In this document: positions 27,371-35,750 of the stretch, piece after piece
Layout: every line of letters begins with the position of its first letter
Numbering within the stretch: position 1 is the stretch's first letter
Source of the DNA: Pseudobdellovibrionaceae bacterium
GTDB lineage: Bacteria; Bdellovibrionota; Bdellovibrionia; Bdellovibrionales; Bdellovibrionaceae
Assembly (NCBI GenBank): GCA_039810425.1
Contig: JBDHWW010000032.1
Location: 1 to 35,750, forward strand
DNA: 35,750 bases
Direction of reading: 5' to 3'
Notes under the pieces: generated by a model
Told to the model about the DNA's origin: nothing
Seen by the model: the letters and a program-made list of their open reading frames with translations, nothing else
Databases searched by the model: none
Position numbers and translations under genes: made by a program

Positions 27371-27970
27371 TTATTCGAAAGTTTTGCGAATCTGTTCGAC
27401 ACTTTCGCCATTCAAAATTGCTTGGATCACCCCGTGAGCCGCAGCCATCTTCGAAAGGAAGTCTTTTTTCTGATTGATACGAATGCGGCGTGGATGCCGT
27501 GCCCAGGCATCGAGAATTCTTTGATTCAGGATCATTGCTTCGGTCGGCGATTCAGTGCGAATGGGGTTCATGTTGTCGTAATTCTCGGTCGCGGCCGTAT
27601 CCAGGTGGACGACCCAGTCGTAGCGTGCGTACTCTCGCTCGGGTGCAGATTGAATCAGATCGAAAAAGCTTTGTGGATCTTCCGGCCAGTAGGCCAAAGC
27701 GTCCATTGAGCCGCGGTCACAGACCAGGAGCTTTGGCATATGTTCATTGAAAATCAGATCCTCGAGTTCTTTTTGAGTATAGTAAATCGCTTTTTGCCCG
27801 TGAATCAGACCGTTGCGGGATTTGATGCGCGGAAACCCGCCACGATAAAGAATGCTGGCTGATTCCGGCACGACAGAAACGGTTTTTCCCATTTCTTTTT
27901 GAAGCGCTTCAATCAAAGTGGTTTTGCCGCCAGACGGGCCGCCAGTAACGGCGATCTTTATCGTGCTCAT
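27371..27970 (-). CDS. P-loop AAA_28 / NadR-Ttd14-like nucleotide kinase-fold protein
   Basis: VTGGPSGGKTT, VPESA, CDRGSMD and HLDTAA motifs; GGGGAG RBS before ATG 27970. Confidence 0.8.
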   Translation of the reverse strand: MSTIKIAVTGGPSGGKTTLIEALQKEMGKTVSVVPESASILYRGGFPRIKSRNGLIHGQKAIYYTQKELEDLIFNEHMPKLLVCDRGSMDALAYWPEDPQSFFDLIQSAPEREYARYDWVVHLDTAATENYDNMNPIRTESPTEAMILNQRILDAWARHPRRIRINQKKDFLSKMAAAHGVIQAILNGESVEQIRKTFE

Positions 27971-27994
27971 TGAACTCCCCAAGTATTCAGACTG

Positions 27995-29152
27995 TTAGAA
28001 CCAATATCGCAGTTTGAACAGAGTTTTGGCAAGCCAATGGAACCAAAGGGAGCCTTTCTCGTAATATTTAGGCCCAAGGATTTGGGAGGCCTGGAGGTCT
28101 TTCGCAAATTGCTGGGTGAGGTTGCTTAGACTTTCAGCATCCGTGAGCACGCCTTCGACTTCCAGGTCGTGCAATATACTCCGATGATTCAAATTAAACG
28201 AGCCGATCGTGCTCCAGTCATCAATAACCATGTATTTAGCGTGCAGCACACGCTTCTGATATTCGAAGAGTTGCACCCCTTCTTTTTGGAGCTTGTATGG
28301 AAGTTCGTAAGCGGCCCATTTGACCAAAGGGACATCGCTCGGTCCCGGGATAATTATTTTCACATCCACACCGCGTTTCGCGGCCTTGGCAAGAGCCCGC
28401 AGGACCGCTCGCTTCGGCAGGAAGTAGGCCGTGACAACATAGACGCGGGTTTTGGCGTAAAGAATGCGGCGGCAAAGGTCTTTATAAAGATGGCGGCGGA
28501 TTTTATCATTTACATTCAAGCGAAGCATTTCATGGCCGCGGAGGACGGTGGTCGCTTTCTCGCGCAGAAAAGCCAGGTGAGCCGGGGTCATGGGGGGGTT
28601 CCGCGCAAAGGCCCAGGCGCCATCAAACGCGGCGATAAGACTTTCAATCGCGTCGCCTTTGATTTTAACCGCTGAGTCGCGCCAGGCAATAGTGCCCACC
28701 ATTTTTTCAAAATGAACGCGGGTCATATTGAAACTGCCGACAAAAGCGATTTCGCCGTCAATCACCACGGTTTTTCGGTGATTGCGGCGGTTCGCGCGCC
28801 GGAAAACTTCCGGAGCCTTTGAGAACAGCGCGCGAGGCAAACGGGCGACCCATTGCAAAAAGCTGGGGAGCGGGTGATAAATACGAAAATGCACGCCTTC
28901 GCGAACACAGCGTTTTTGAAGGGCGTCCAGATAGAACAAACTGCCGACGCCATCGACAAGCAAGCGCACTTCGCAACCACGTAAGACCGCAAGCTGAAGT
29001 TCTTTTAAAAGAATATCGGTCAAGGCATCGATTTCAAAAATATAGAACTCCAGCGTGATCGTCTTTTCCGCGCGCCGGATACTCGAGATTAATTCAGCAA
29101 AGAACTCGTCTCCGCTATGAAAAATTTGAATTTGCTTCCAAGTCTTAGTCAT
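27995..29152 (-). CDS. cardiolipin synthase ClsB-like phospholipase D
   Basis: Two HKD motifs (NHRKTVVID...GSFN; LHAKYMVID...GSFN), LVDGVGS, WRD and AYFLP; no N-terminal TM. Start is 29152 or 29170. Confidence 0.88.
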   Translation of the reverse strand: MTKTWKQIQIFHSGDEFFAELISSIRRAEKTITLEFYIFEIDALTDILLKELQLAVLRGCEVRLLVDGVGSLFYLDALQKRCVREGVHFRIYHPLPSFLQWVARLPRALFSKAPEVFRRANRRNHRKTVVIDGEIAFVGSFNMTRVHFEKMVGTIAWRDSAVKIKGDAIESLIAAFDGAWAFARNPPMTPAHLAFLREKATTVLRGHEMLRLNVNDKIRRHLYKDLCRRILYAKTRVYVVTAYFLPKRAVLRALAKAAKRGVDVKIIIPGPSDVPLVKWAAYELPYKLQKEGVQLFEYQKRVLHAKYMVIDDWSTIGSFNLNHRSILHDLEVEGVLTDAESLSNLTQQFAKDLQASQILGPKYYEKGSLWFHWLAKTLFKLRYWF

Positions 29153-29214
29153 GATGCAATGTTGAATCATATTTTGGTCGACATCGCTAAAAAGTCGAGT
29201 TCATAATATTTTCT

Positions 29215-29922
29215 ATGCAAAATATCGCTCTGCGTTTGATCGCTTTTTCACTCTTGTTTTCTGGCACCACAACGGTTTCTTTAAAGGCTATGGCCGCAGA
29301 GGATAACAAGGTGGTGATTGGTTACTTCTCGACGGAAAAACAAGAAGATTTTGAAAAGAAAATCACACCGGTGTTTGAGGCGTTCAAGGGCGGCTGTAAA
29401 AACTGCGAGTTGGTGAATCTGACTCCTTATGATGATAAGGGGAATTATTCTGAGAAAGATCTTGTAGCGAAAGTTAAAAGTCCCCCGCCGGAAGTGACGT
29501 TCTACTTCTTTTCGTGGAATAAAAAGGCGAATGATCAAACAAAAGACCTAATTCAAGCTCTCGGTGAAAAAGTCGATAGCGGAAAGCTCGTGATTGCGCC
29601 AACAGGGCACGCCGCTGAAGGCGAGCCGGGGCTTGCCTTAAACCGCACGGTGATGGGGCAGGCGAAGGACGTGATCATTATCGGTGAAATCATTGGCAAT
29701 GAACGCATGATTCCACAAAGTTATTTCGGCCCCGAGATGATGACCGCGATCAAGGCCCCCAAAGAATATCAAGGACAAGGTTACAGCCCTCTTTATTTTG
29801 CCACACGTTTGGCGGCGGTTTGGAATAAGCGCAAGCCTGCGGAATGGTTGCAGCACTTTAAAACGAAGAAAATTAAAAGCCGTAAAATCTGGCTTGATGA
29901 AAATGATCTGTTGGGCCGTTAG
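29215..29922 (+). CDS. exported hypothetical protein, possibly a degenerate subtilase (S8) fold
   Basis: Signal peptide; FFSWN, VIAPTG, IIIGE, SYFGPE...KAP and GYSP blocks appear in S8 order. Confidence 0.55.
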   Translation: MQNIALRLIAFSLLFSGTTTVSLKAMAAEDNKVVIGYFSTEKQEDFEKKITPVFEAFKGGCKNCELVNLTPYDDKGNYSEKDLVAKVKSPPPEVTFYFFSWNKKANDQTKDLIQALGEKVDSGKLVIAPTGHAAEGEPGLALNRTVMGQAKDVIIIGEIIGNERMIPQSYFGPEMMTAIKAPKEYQGQGYSPLYFATRLAAVWNKRKPAEWLQHFKTKKIKSRKIWLDENDLLGR

Positions 29923-29943
29923 GCTTTTGTGGCTGAAACTTGG

Positions 29944-30798
29944 CTACCGCCCTGGAAACAGCTCCACGCGCTCGCGATGCCGTGCCGGGATCTTCTCGCG
30001 CAGGATTTTCTGGGCTTCGTCCCAGGTATAGCGGCTTGAGGTGTGTATCAACACGATCTTTTCACTTTTAATTTCGTCTAAGTGGGGCAGGATCTCATCA
30101 AGGTGCGTGTGACCCCACTGGCGGGCCTGCTCGATCGACTTACGGTCATCAAGGTAAGTGGCCTCCATCATCAGGATCCGCGAATCGCGGACCCAGGGGC
30201 GGCTTTCTAGAAACTCAATCTGCGTATCACCGGTAAAACTTAAGAGCGGCGTGTGAATCACTTCGTCGAGGGCATGGCCTTCATTCTTGAGTCTCACCAG
30301 TTCTTTTTGGTCGAGACCCTGGTACTTTTTCGCAAGCTTCTTGCTGGTTTCAAACAGGGTGGAGCCGAAGGACTCCACCCGATGCAGGGTCGGGAAGGCC
30401 TTCACAAAAAACGGCCCCTTCACCGGAATTTCGCAATCGGCCTCGAGGGGACAAAACTCGTACTTGTATTCGTGCTTTTCGATCTCTTGCCAGGTCTTCA
30501 TAATGCGATCCATGGGTTCAACCAAGCTTGGAGGCATGTAGAACTTCGGCGTTTCCTGACGGTTCATCGCTTTCTGGGAGATGATGTAAGGAATCCCAGC
30601 CGCATGATCTAAGTGGCCATGACTTATAAAGTATTGCTTGAGGTTTAAAAGAAAGGGATAACCCTGAGCCACATCGAAAGAAAGCGAGAGCTCAGGCATT
30701 GAGATGGCCGTGCGGATGCCCGAGAGGGACATGCCCCGCAGGTGGATTCCGCCATAACTGTAGTCCGCGCCGTTTGTCAGTCCGTTTTGTTGTGCCAT
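29944..30798 (-). CDS. RNase Z / tRNase Z (TM-type) metallo-beta-lactamase
   Basis: SHGHLDH, H(RVES), FTGDT, EATY, GHTHL and IHTSSRY motifs; the start overlaps the fabMG stop (TGATG). Confidence 0.82.
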   Translation of the reverse strand: MAQQNGLTNGADYSYGGIHLRGMSLSGIRTAISMPELSLSFDVAQGYPFLLNLKQYFISHGHLDHAAGIPYIISQKAMNRQETPKFYMPPSLVEPMDRIMKTWQEIEKHEYKYEFCPLEADCEIPVKGPFFVKAFPTLHRVESFGSTLFETSKKLAKKYQGLDQKELVRLKNEGHALDEVIHTPLLSFTGDTQIEFLESRPWVRDSRILMMEATYLDDRKSIEQARQWGHTHLDEILPHLDEIKSEKIVLIHTSSRYTWDEAQKILREKIPARHRERVELFPGR

Positions 30799-32090
30799 CA
30801 GTGAATACAGCGTGCCACAAGATCGTGGCCGATCCAAGCCACAGGGACTTGAGGTTTCCACGAATCATGTAACATAACATAGCCGCAGGATTTAAATACG
30901 ACTTCGCTGAGTTCAAAAGTGATGAGTTTCTTTTCGTCCTGGTGAAGTGAGACGAGGTCGTCAGAGGCTTTGAGCATGGTTTCCAGTTGTTGCTTGCTGC
31001 TGTGCTGAGGCCACTTCTCAAAGATGCAATGAGCTTTGATTTCAGGTTGGTTGAAGTAAGAGTCGACAATCTTTGCGATATCACCGAGGCTCGCGCTGTC
31101 TTTGAGGAGTGCCTTGCAATCGGCAACAATTTTTTGTCCAGCGGCCGTCTTTCCGCACTCTTTTTCGATAGCTTCCGTCAGAGGATAAAGCGATACTTCA
31201 ACCCCCTGGAAGATTGAACTTGAGTTGGTGAGAATCTCTGGACAATTGTAAACACACACATTGATGCCTTTTGCATGGGCCGCTATCGCAATCTTTTCCA
31301 GGTCCAATTTTGCCCAGCCCTGAATGTAAGGTGTGTAGGTCTGCCAGTGGTATTCGTTGTTAATCAAGATTTCCGTGCCGTGGTAACCATAGGCCGTGTA
31401 GGCCACGTGGCCCCCTTTGGCTTCGATCTTTTGGCGAAGGGGCGCTGAAAGGTCGAGCAAATGATGTAAAGTTTCTGCCGTGACTTCGCGGAAGTTCAAT
31501 GAGCAGAATTTGCCGATATCGGATTTCCAAAGAGTTTCGGAAGCCAAGTAGCGGTCGCCACTGCCTTTGCAGGTCCGGTTCATAAGAGGCATCACGATTT
31601 TTGTGCGAGGCACTCCGCCCGCCATCAAGTGCGCAAAAATAACATTGGCACCGGTGGGGATATGGGCCTCAAGCTCGTTCATAAATGTGCCAACGTTCTG
31701 GCGAAAACGAACGATTGCTTTTTGGCGGCTCTGCTCCAAGGAGGCAAAGTCCATCTTTACGTTTTCCCAATCTGAAAGCTTTACTTCTTTGAGCTGGTCA
31801 ATCGGAGCGCGTCCTGCTGCATCCGGCTCAAGGTCAAAGCCGGCCTCAAGAGGGACATTGATGAAGGGCTTTGGAATGCTGGCGGATTCTTCGGCGGTCA
31901 GAGGGCGAAGCCTGCCTTCTTCGCGCCGGCCCACAGTGGCGCGGACAATTGTCATACCACGGGCTTCTGCTTCCTCAACCAAACCGTTCGCATAGCCACG
32001 CTGAAAAAGCTCCCCGAAAAGGACGAGGACGTCGCCTTTTTTGTAGGGACTGAGTTCAGGTTTCTTCTTCAAAAATGCAGCCGAGTTCAT
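30798..32090 (-). CDS. fabMG: FabMG-family enoyl-ACP reductase
   Basis: GDVLVLFGELF.RGYANGL, TVGRR, AH.MAGG.P, YGYHGTEIL, WQTYT.Y.QG.AK, YNCPEI.TNSS and W..HD blocks match FabMG as I recall it. Start is ATG 32090 or TTG 32108. Confidence 0.85.
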   Translation of the reverse strand: MNSAAFLKKKPELSPYKKGDVLVLFGELFQRGYANGLVEEAEARGMTIVRATVGRREEGRLRPLTAEESASIPKPFINVPLEAGFDLEPDAAGRAPIDQLKEVKLSDWENVKMDFASLEQSRQKAIVRFRQNVGTFMNELEAHIPTGANVIFAHLMAGGVPRTKIVMPLMNRTCKGSGDRYLASETLWKSDIGKFCSLNFREVTAETLHHLLDLSAPLRQKIEAKGGHVAYTAYGYHGTEILINNEYHWQTYTPYIQGWAKLDLEKIAIAAHAKGINVCVYNCPEILTNSSSIFQGVEVSLYPLTEAIEKECGKTAAGQKIVADCKALLKDSASLGDIAKIVDSYFNQPEIKAHCIFEKWPQHSSKQQLETMLKASDDLVSLHQDEKKLITFELSEVVFKSCGYVMLHDSWKPQVPVAWIGHDLVARCIH

Positions 32091-32202
32091 GAATATGCTC
32101 TCCGTCAAAAATAAACCTCAATTTTTCCTTAGGCACACGGAAAGGGTCAAGTGACAACACAGCAATCTTGACTCATTAAGCAATAATTGGTGCTATCAAA
32201 GG

Positions 32203-32940
32203 ATGCGAATTGTCTCGATGGTGCCCTCTTGGACTGAAACATTATTGCGCGCAGGAATCACCGTGGTGGGAAGAACCCGTTTCTGTATTCACCCGGCTGA
32301 CAAAGTAAAAAATATTCCGATCATCGGTGGCACCAAAGAGGCCCACTGGGACATGATTCAGGACCTCAAGCCGGATCTCATTTTGATGGATCAAGAGGAA
32401 AATCCCCTTGAGATGGCCGAAGAAAGCCCATTCCCAGTCCTGGCGACAAATGTTCATTCTTTGGCGGCGCTGCAGTTTGAACTCCAGCGCCTCGGAGCGG
32501 AGTTTAAGAATCAGCAGCTCGTCACTTGGTCTCTGGAGCTGCAGGCCATTGTCGACAAAGGGCCCTTGCACTGGAGTGAAGAAAATATTCCGGGCTTGAT
32601 TGAGTGGGTGATTTCCCCGATGCGTCCGGGGCCGCGGCCGGTTTTGTATGTGATCTGGAAAAAGCCGTGGATGGCTGTCAGCCGCGAGACTTTTATCGGC
32701 TCAGTCCTTGGGCAGTTGGGCGCGCAGGTCGTTGAGTTCCCCGAAGAAAAGTATCCCGTCATCGAGATTCAGGATTTCCAAGACGCGCTGGTGTTGTTTT
32801 CTTCGGAACCCTATCCGTTCCATAAAAAAATCGAAGATCTCCGCAGCGACGGTCTTGCCGGGGCCATCGTCGACGGAGAGTCCTACTCCTGGTTTGGGAT
32901 TCGCAGTCTTGAGTTTTTACGTAAGTGCTACGGGCACTAA
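32203..32940 (+). CDS. BtuF-like helical-backbone metal receptor, no signal peptide
   Basis: RIVSMVPS.TE, VGRTRFCIHP, IGGTK, EEN, SSEPYPF and VDGE..SWFG.R motifs. Confidence 0.85.
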   Translation: MRIVSMVPSWTETLLRAGITVVGRTRFCIHPADKVKNIPIIGGTKEAHWDMIQDLKPDLILMDQEENPLEMAEESPFPVLATNVHSLAALQFELQRLGAEFKNQQLVTWSLELQAIVDKGPLHWSEENIPGLIEWVISPMRPGPRPVLYVIWKKPWMAVSRETFIGSVLGQLGAQVVEFPEEKYPVIEIQDFQDALVLFSSEPYPFHKKIEDLRSDGLAGAIVDGESYSWFGIRSLEFLRKCYGH

Positions 32941-34203
32941 AGTTCTTTGTTCACACCAGTTCACGACGCTCCGGCTTGAATGCAGATACGGTGAAAGTTC
33001 TTTTTGCAAAGCCTGGGGGAAAGAAGAACGGCTTGAGATGAGAGTAGAAAGTGCGGCTGCGAACGATTTTGAATCCAGCACCTCAGTCACTGCTGGATGC
33101 CCTCCCGCGGTTTTGTTTTTAAAAACGAGTGCCTCGCGATTGTTGTGATGATAGGGGCCGACAAGGACTGGCAAGCCCGCGGCAAGGGGTTCCATCACGC
33201 TGTGTACCTGTTTGCGGAACGATCCCCCCACAAACGCGACGCCGCCCCACGTATAGATCTCAGCGAGAATACCCACTTGGTCCACAATCAGGACGTCTTC
33301 GTTTTTCCATTCGCGGGCCGTCGAGTATTTGCAGTAAGTAAGGCCGAGGGCCTTCAACTGATCTTCTAAATCTCGCAGGTGAACTTCATGAATCTCATGT
33401 GGAGCTAAAATCATTTTACAGTTTTTCCGAATGGCCGCAAACCCCGGCAAAACGACTTTTTCATCTTCAGGCCAGGTTGAGCCCGCAACAAAAACCGGAC
33501 TTCCCACCGTGGGGCGGAGCTCACTTTTGATCACTTTTGGGTGCTGCAAGCGATAGAAAACCTGATCAAAGCGGGTGTCACCATGAACATGAACCGGCAC
33601 TTGCAGCCGGAGCCTTTCGAGTTGCTTGACGTCATCGATAGACACGCAGTGAACTTCCGACAACTGATTGAGAGCCCACGTCGTGATTTTCGCCGACACT
33701 CCCCGACGGCGAGAGCTGTTTTCCGCAAACGTCGCTGCAAACAGAAGGCTTGGAATATTTTTTTCCCGACAAACCATCGCCATCACGGGCCACACATCAG
33801 TGCGGGCGATCAGCCATGCGCGCGGTTGCCACTTTTCAACAAATTCCGTGCAGTCGCCATGAAAATCCCAAGGCAGACTGCCCCAGGCATCAACATCCGC
33901 AAGGCTTTTGATGATTTTCTTTGCAGAAGGAGAGGAGAACGTCACGATCACCGGGACATTTGGAAACTTGTTTTTAAGCTCCCGGATCACGGGGCGGGCA
34001 TACTCGATTTCACCGCTCGCGGCGTGGATCCAAAACGGGCGATGCGCGGCAATCCACTCCGCCGTCTTGGTTTTCACTTCAAAAAAATGACTATTCTTAT
34101 CGAGAACGACCTGCTGCGCTTTTTTACCCAAGAGCGGACGGAGGACTTGCAAAATCCCAAACATGAGCGGATAAAGTAAGAAGCGATAAAGCATCGGCAT
34201 CAT
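32917..34203 (-). CDS. waaA: 3-deoxy-D-manno-octulosonic acid (Kdo) transferase
   Basis: WIHAAS.GE, GDTRFD, AGSTW, GILAEIY, AFVGGSF and HSVMEPLA motifs; start ATG 34203 overlaps the GT9 stop (ATGA). Confidence 0.9.
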   Translation of the reverse strand: MMPMLYRFLLYPLMFGILQVLRPLLGKKAQQVVLDKNSHFFEVKTKTAEWIAAHRPFWIHAASGEIEYARPVIRELKNKFPNVPVIVTFSSPSAKKIIKSLADVDAWGSLPWDFHGDCTEFVEKWQPRAWLIARTDVWPVMAMVCREKNIPSLLFAATFAENSSRRRGVSAKITTWALNQLSEVHCVSIDDVKQLERLRLQVPVHVHGDTRFDQVFYRLQHPKVIKSELRPTVGSPVFVAGSTWPEDEKVVLPGFAAIRKNCKMILAPHEIHEVHLRDLEDQLKALGLTYCKYSTAREWKNEDVLIVDQVGILAEIYTWGGVAFVGGSFRKQVHSVMEPLAAGLPVLVGPYHHNNREALVFKNKTAGGHPAVTEVLDSKSFAAALSTLISSRSSFPQALQKELSPYLHSSRSVVNWCEQRTLVPVALT

Positions 34204-35225
34204 GAAGGGCTCACTCCCAGTTTGCCGCGGACTTCGGTGGCGACCTGGGGTGGAGTAATATCCACCAGGCACTGGTGATAGATTTGATTTACACACGGAC
34301 CCTGGCCATGCTTGCTGCACGGGCGGCAAGGTAGATCCAACTCCATGATCTTTGTGCTGGGGCGGGATGGGAAACCAAACGGAGCCGGACCCATCAATGC
34401 GATGGTCGCCTTGCCGAGCTGTTCGCCGACGTGCAAAAGCCCTGTATCATTTGCGACAAGCACTTGAGATTTTTTAACCAGGGCTGCGCTCACAGCCAGG
34501 GGAGCTTTGCCGGCTGTATTCAGAGTGCGTTCGGGCGCGATGTTGTGAAGCTCTTCAATGAAGCGGTCTTCGGGGCCACCCAGAAGAACAAAATTCATTT
34601 CTGGTAACAACTGAATCAGTTGCTTAAAGTGCGAAACCGGCCAGCGCTTTAGAAAGTAAGCCGCTGACGGAGCCAGAGCGATATATTGTTTATCTTTCCA
34701 CTCTCCTAAAAGCGCATCGGCTTTTTCGATGTCTGTCGGGTCGATAAAAATCTGCGGGGCTGGCGGCAAAGACTTTTCAATTCCCCAAGGGATCAGCGGT
34801 TCCAGCAGATCGCGCTGCCCAGAGAACGGCATCTCGTAGGTATTTTTATGAAGTTTAAACAGTAAAAATCTTTTCCAGCGCTTTTGCGAGCGGCGGATAA
34901 ACTTTGTCGAACGGAGCAAACCCAGGCGCCAGTATACCAGCCGCGAACGCAGGTTGTTGTGGGCATCGTAAATGTGGCTGAAGCGCAAAGCGCCCATGGT
35001 ATTTAGCAAGGTAAACAGTCCCTTGAGCCCTGTCTTGCGATCATACTCCCAGATTCGGTCAATCGCTGGGTGAGGGCGCAACAACGGAGCCATATCCTTG
35101 CGCGTGATCCAGTGAACCTCCGCCTCTGGATAGGCCTTTTTAATTGCCGACGGGATGCTGAGACTCTGAGTCACATCCCCAAATGCGGAGAAACGAATGA
35201 TTAAAAACCGGGCTTTTTCTGCCAT
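34200..35225 (-). CDS. GT9 LPS heptosyltransferase
   Basis: IRFSAFGDV, KRWP, GGPED, NDTGLLH and CRPCSKHG...C...C motifs. Confidence 0.9.
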   Translation of the reverse strand: MAEKARFLIIRFSAFGDVTQSLSIPSAIKKAYPEAEVHWITRKDMAPLLRPHPAIDRIWEYDRKTGLKGLFTLLNTMGALRFSHIYDAHNNLRSRLVYWRLGLLRSTKFIRRSQKRWKRFLLFKLHKNTYEMPFSGQRDLLEPLIPWGIEKSLPPAPQIFIDPTDIEKADALLGEWKDKQYIALAPSAAYFLKRWPVSHFKQLIQLLPEMNFVLLGGPEDRFIEELHNIAPERTLNTAGKAPLAVSAALVKKSQVLVANDTGLLHVGEQLGKATIALMGPAPFGFPSRPSTKIMELDLPCRPCSKHGQGPCVNQIYHQCLVDITPPQVATEVRGKLGVSPS

Positions 35226-35231
35226 CTTGGA

Positions 35232-35260
35232 ACTTTAGCAAAGATCTTTGACGGTGGCAA
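35232..35260 (-). promoter_or_regulatory. sigma70 promoter giving a leaderless GT9-waaA transcript
   Basis: TTGCCA-N17-TAAAGT-N6-ATG; perfect palindrome CAAAGATCTTTG (35239-35250) in the spacer. Confidence 0.55.
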
Positions 35261-35352
35261 AAACCGGCTCTCCATTTTAGAACGAGTGATTCGCAGCATT
35301 AGGCCCCTCAGTCAAGACGCTGGGAAAAGGCACAGGGGCCTCGCAGCTATGA

Positions 35353-35750
35353 CTATCCCGAGCGTTGAGTTTTCTTCTTTCTCACCAGAAGCCCACGCCC
35401 CTCTAAATCATTAAGTTCATGATAGGCGACCACAGCCCTAAACTGCTTCCCCCAAGACAAAATCTTAGTAAAAGGGCGAAGATCAAAAAGGCCCTTGAGG
35501 GACCTCCCTTTAAGCTTTGATAATAGGCTCACCAGTAAAGAAGTCAGGGTTCTGATAAAAGCCAAATAAGCGTCCCGAGAGGGAAGTTTAACCAACAAAT
35601 GAATATGCGACCAGTTCAGTGAAACCTCATAAAGTTGAATCCCATACCTCTTGGCATGGGACTTTATCAACAGCTCCATCTTACGATGGCCAGGAACAAA
35701 ACAAGAACTTCCTGAGCTCTTGAGGACAAGATGAATCGGCTGTCTTAGCG
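35353..35750 (-). mobile_element. HUH/Y1 tyrosine transposase (IS200/RAYT-like), 5' end outside the window
   Basis: The frame stays open to the window edge (LRQPIHLVLKSS...); HUH motif NWSHIHLL, RPFTK and candidate catalytic Y in VVAYHELN. Confidence 0.75.

Noticed and set aside
34204..34329. N-terminal extension of WaaA from the ORF track (similar extensions for rpmG, RNase Z, the 1047 barrel and the transposase)
   Set aside because: These extensions overlap neighbouring genes or promoters; downstream ATGs fit RBS or stop/start overlaps better.
1..35750. Composite mobile island bounded by the two transposases
   Set aside because: The transposases belong to unrelated families (DDE-type versus HUH) and the interior holds core genes such as rpmG, dcd and waaA.
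1..35750. CRISPR array, tRNA, rRNA, prophage or known anti-phage defence genes
   Set aside because: No spaced direct repeats, cloverleaf sequences or diagnostic proteins seen; the PLD and P-loop genes look like housekeeping ClsB and AAA_28 types.

Overview
A gene-dense bacterial chromosomal window. Gene content and protein style suggest Bdellovibrionota (Bdellovibrio-like); this is an inference, not a database result. An IS1/IS1595-like DD-N transposase sits at the left edge with a near-consensus sigma54 promoter and no visible terminal inverted repeats. A truncated HUH/Y1 (IS200/RAYT-like) transposase sits at the right edge. In order between them: a small outer-membrane beta-barrel, a stand-alone HD-GYP phosphodiesterase, a DUF1338/HglS-family enzyme, a heavily deleted M14 carboxypeptidase pseudogene, a beta-barrel paired with a giant internally duplicated EF-hand-like lipoprotein, rpmG-dcd, a ChaN-family protein, and a six-gene signalling cluster. 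That cluster (about 10.5-19.5 kb) encodes a CheY-like receiver, a PAS-PAS-HPt-HATPase CheA-like kinase lacking CheW, a FecR + 5xFN3 membrane protein, a HAMP-PP2C phosphatase, a STAS-like protein and a REC-DUF4388-like-TPR regulator. After it come a TolC/HlyD/YbhFSR-like ABC exporter, another beta-barrel protein, an AAA_28 kinase, a ClsB-like phospholipase D, a degenerate subtilase-like protein, RNase Z, FabMG enoyl-ACP reductase, a BtuF-like protein, waaA and a GT9 heptosyltransferase. I saw no rRNA, tRNA or CRISPR array. The best candidates for undescribed biology are the signalling cluster, the sigma54-driven transposase and the barrel/lipoprotein pair.
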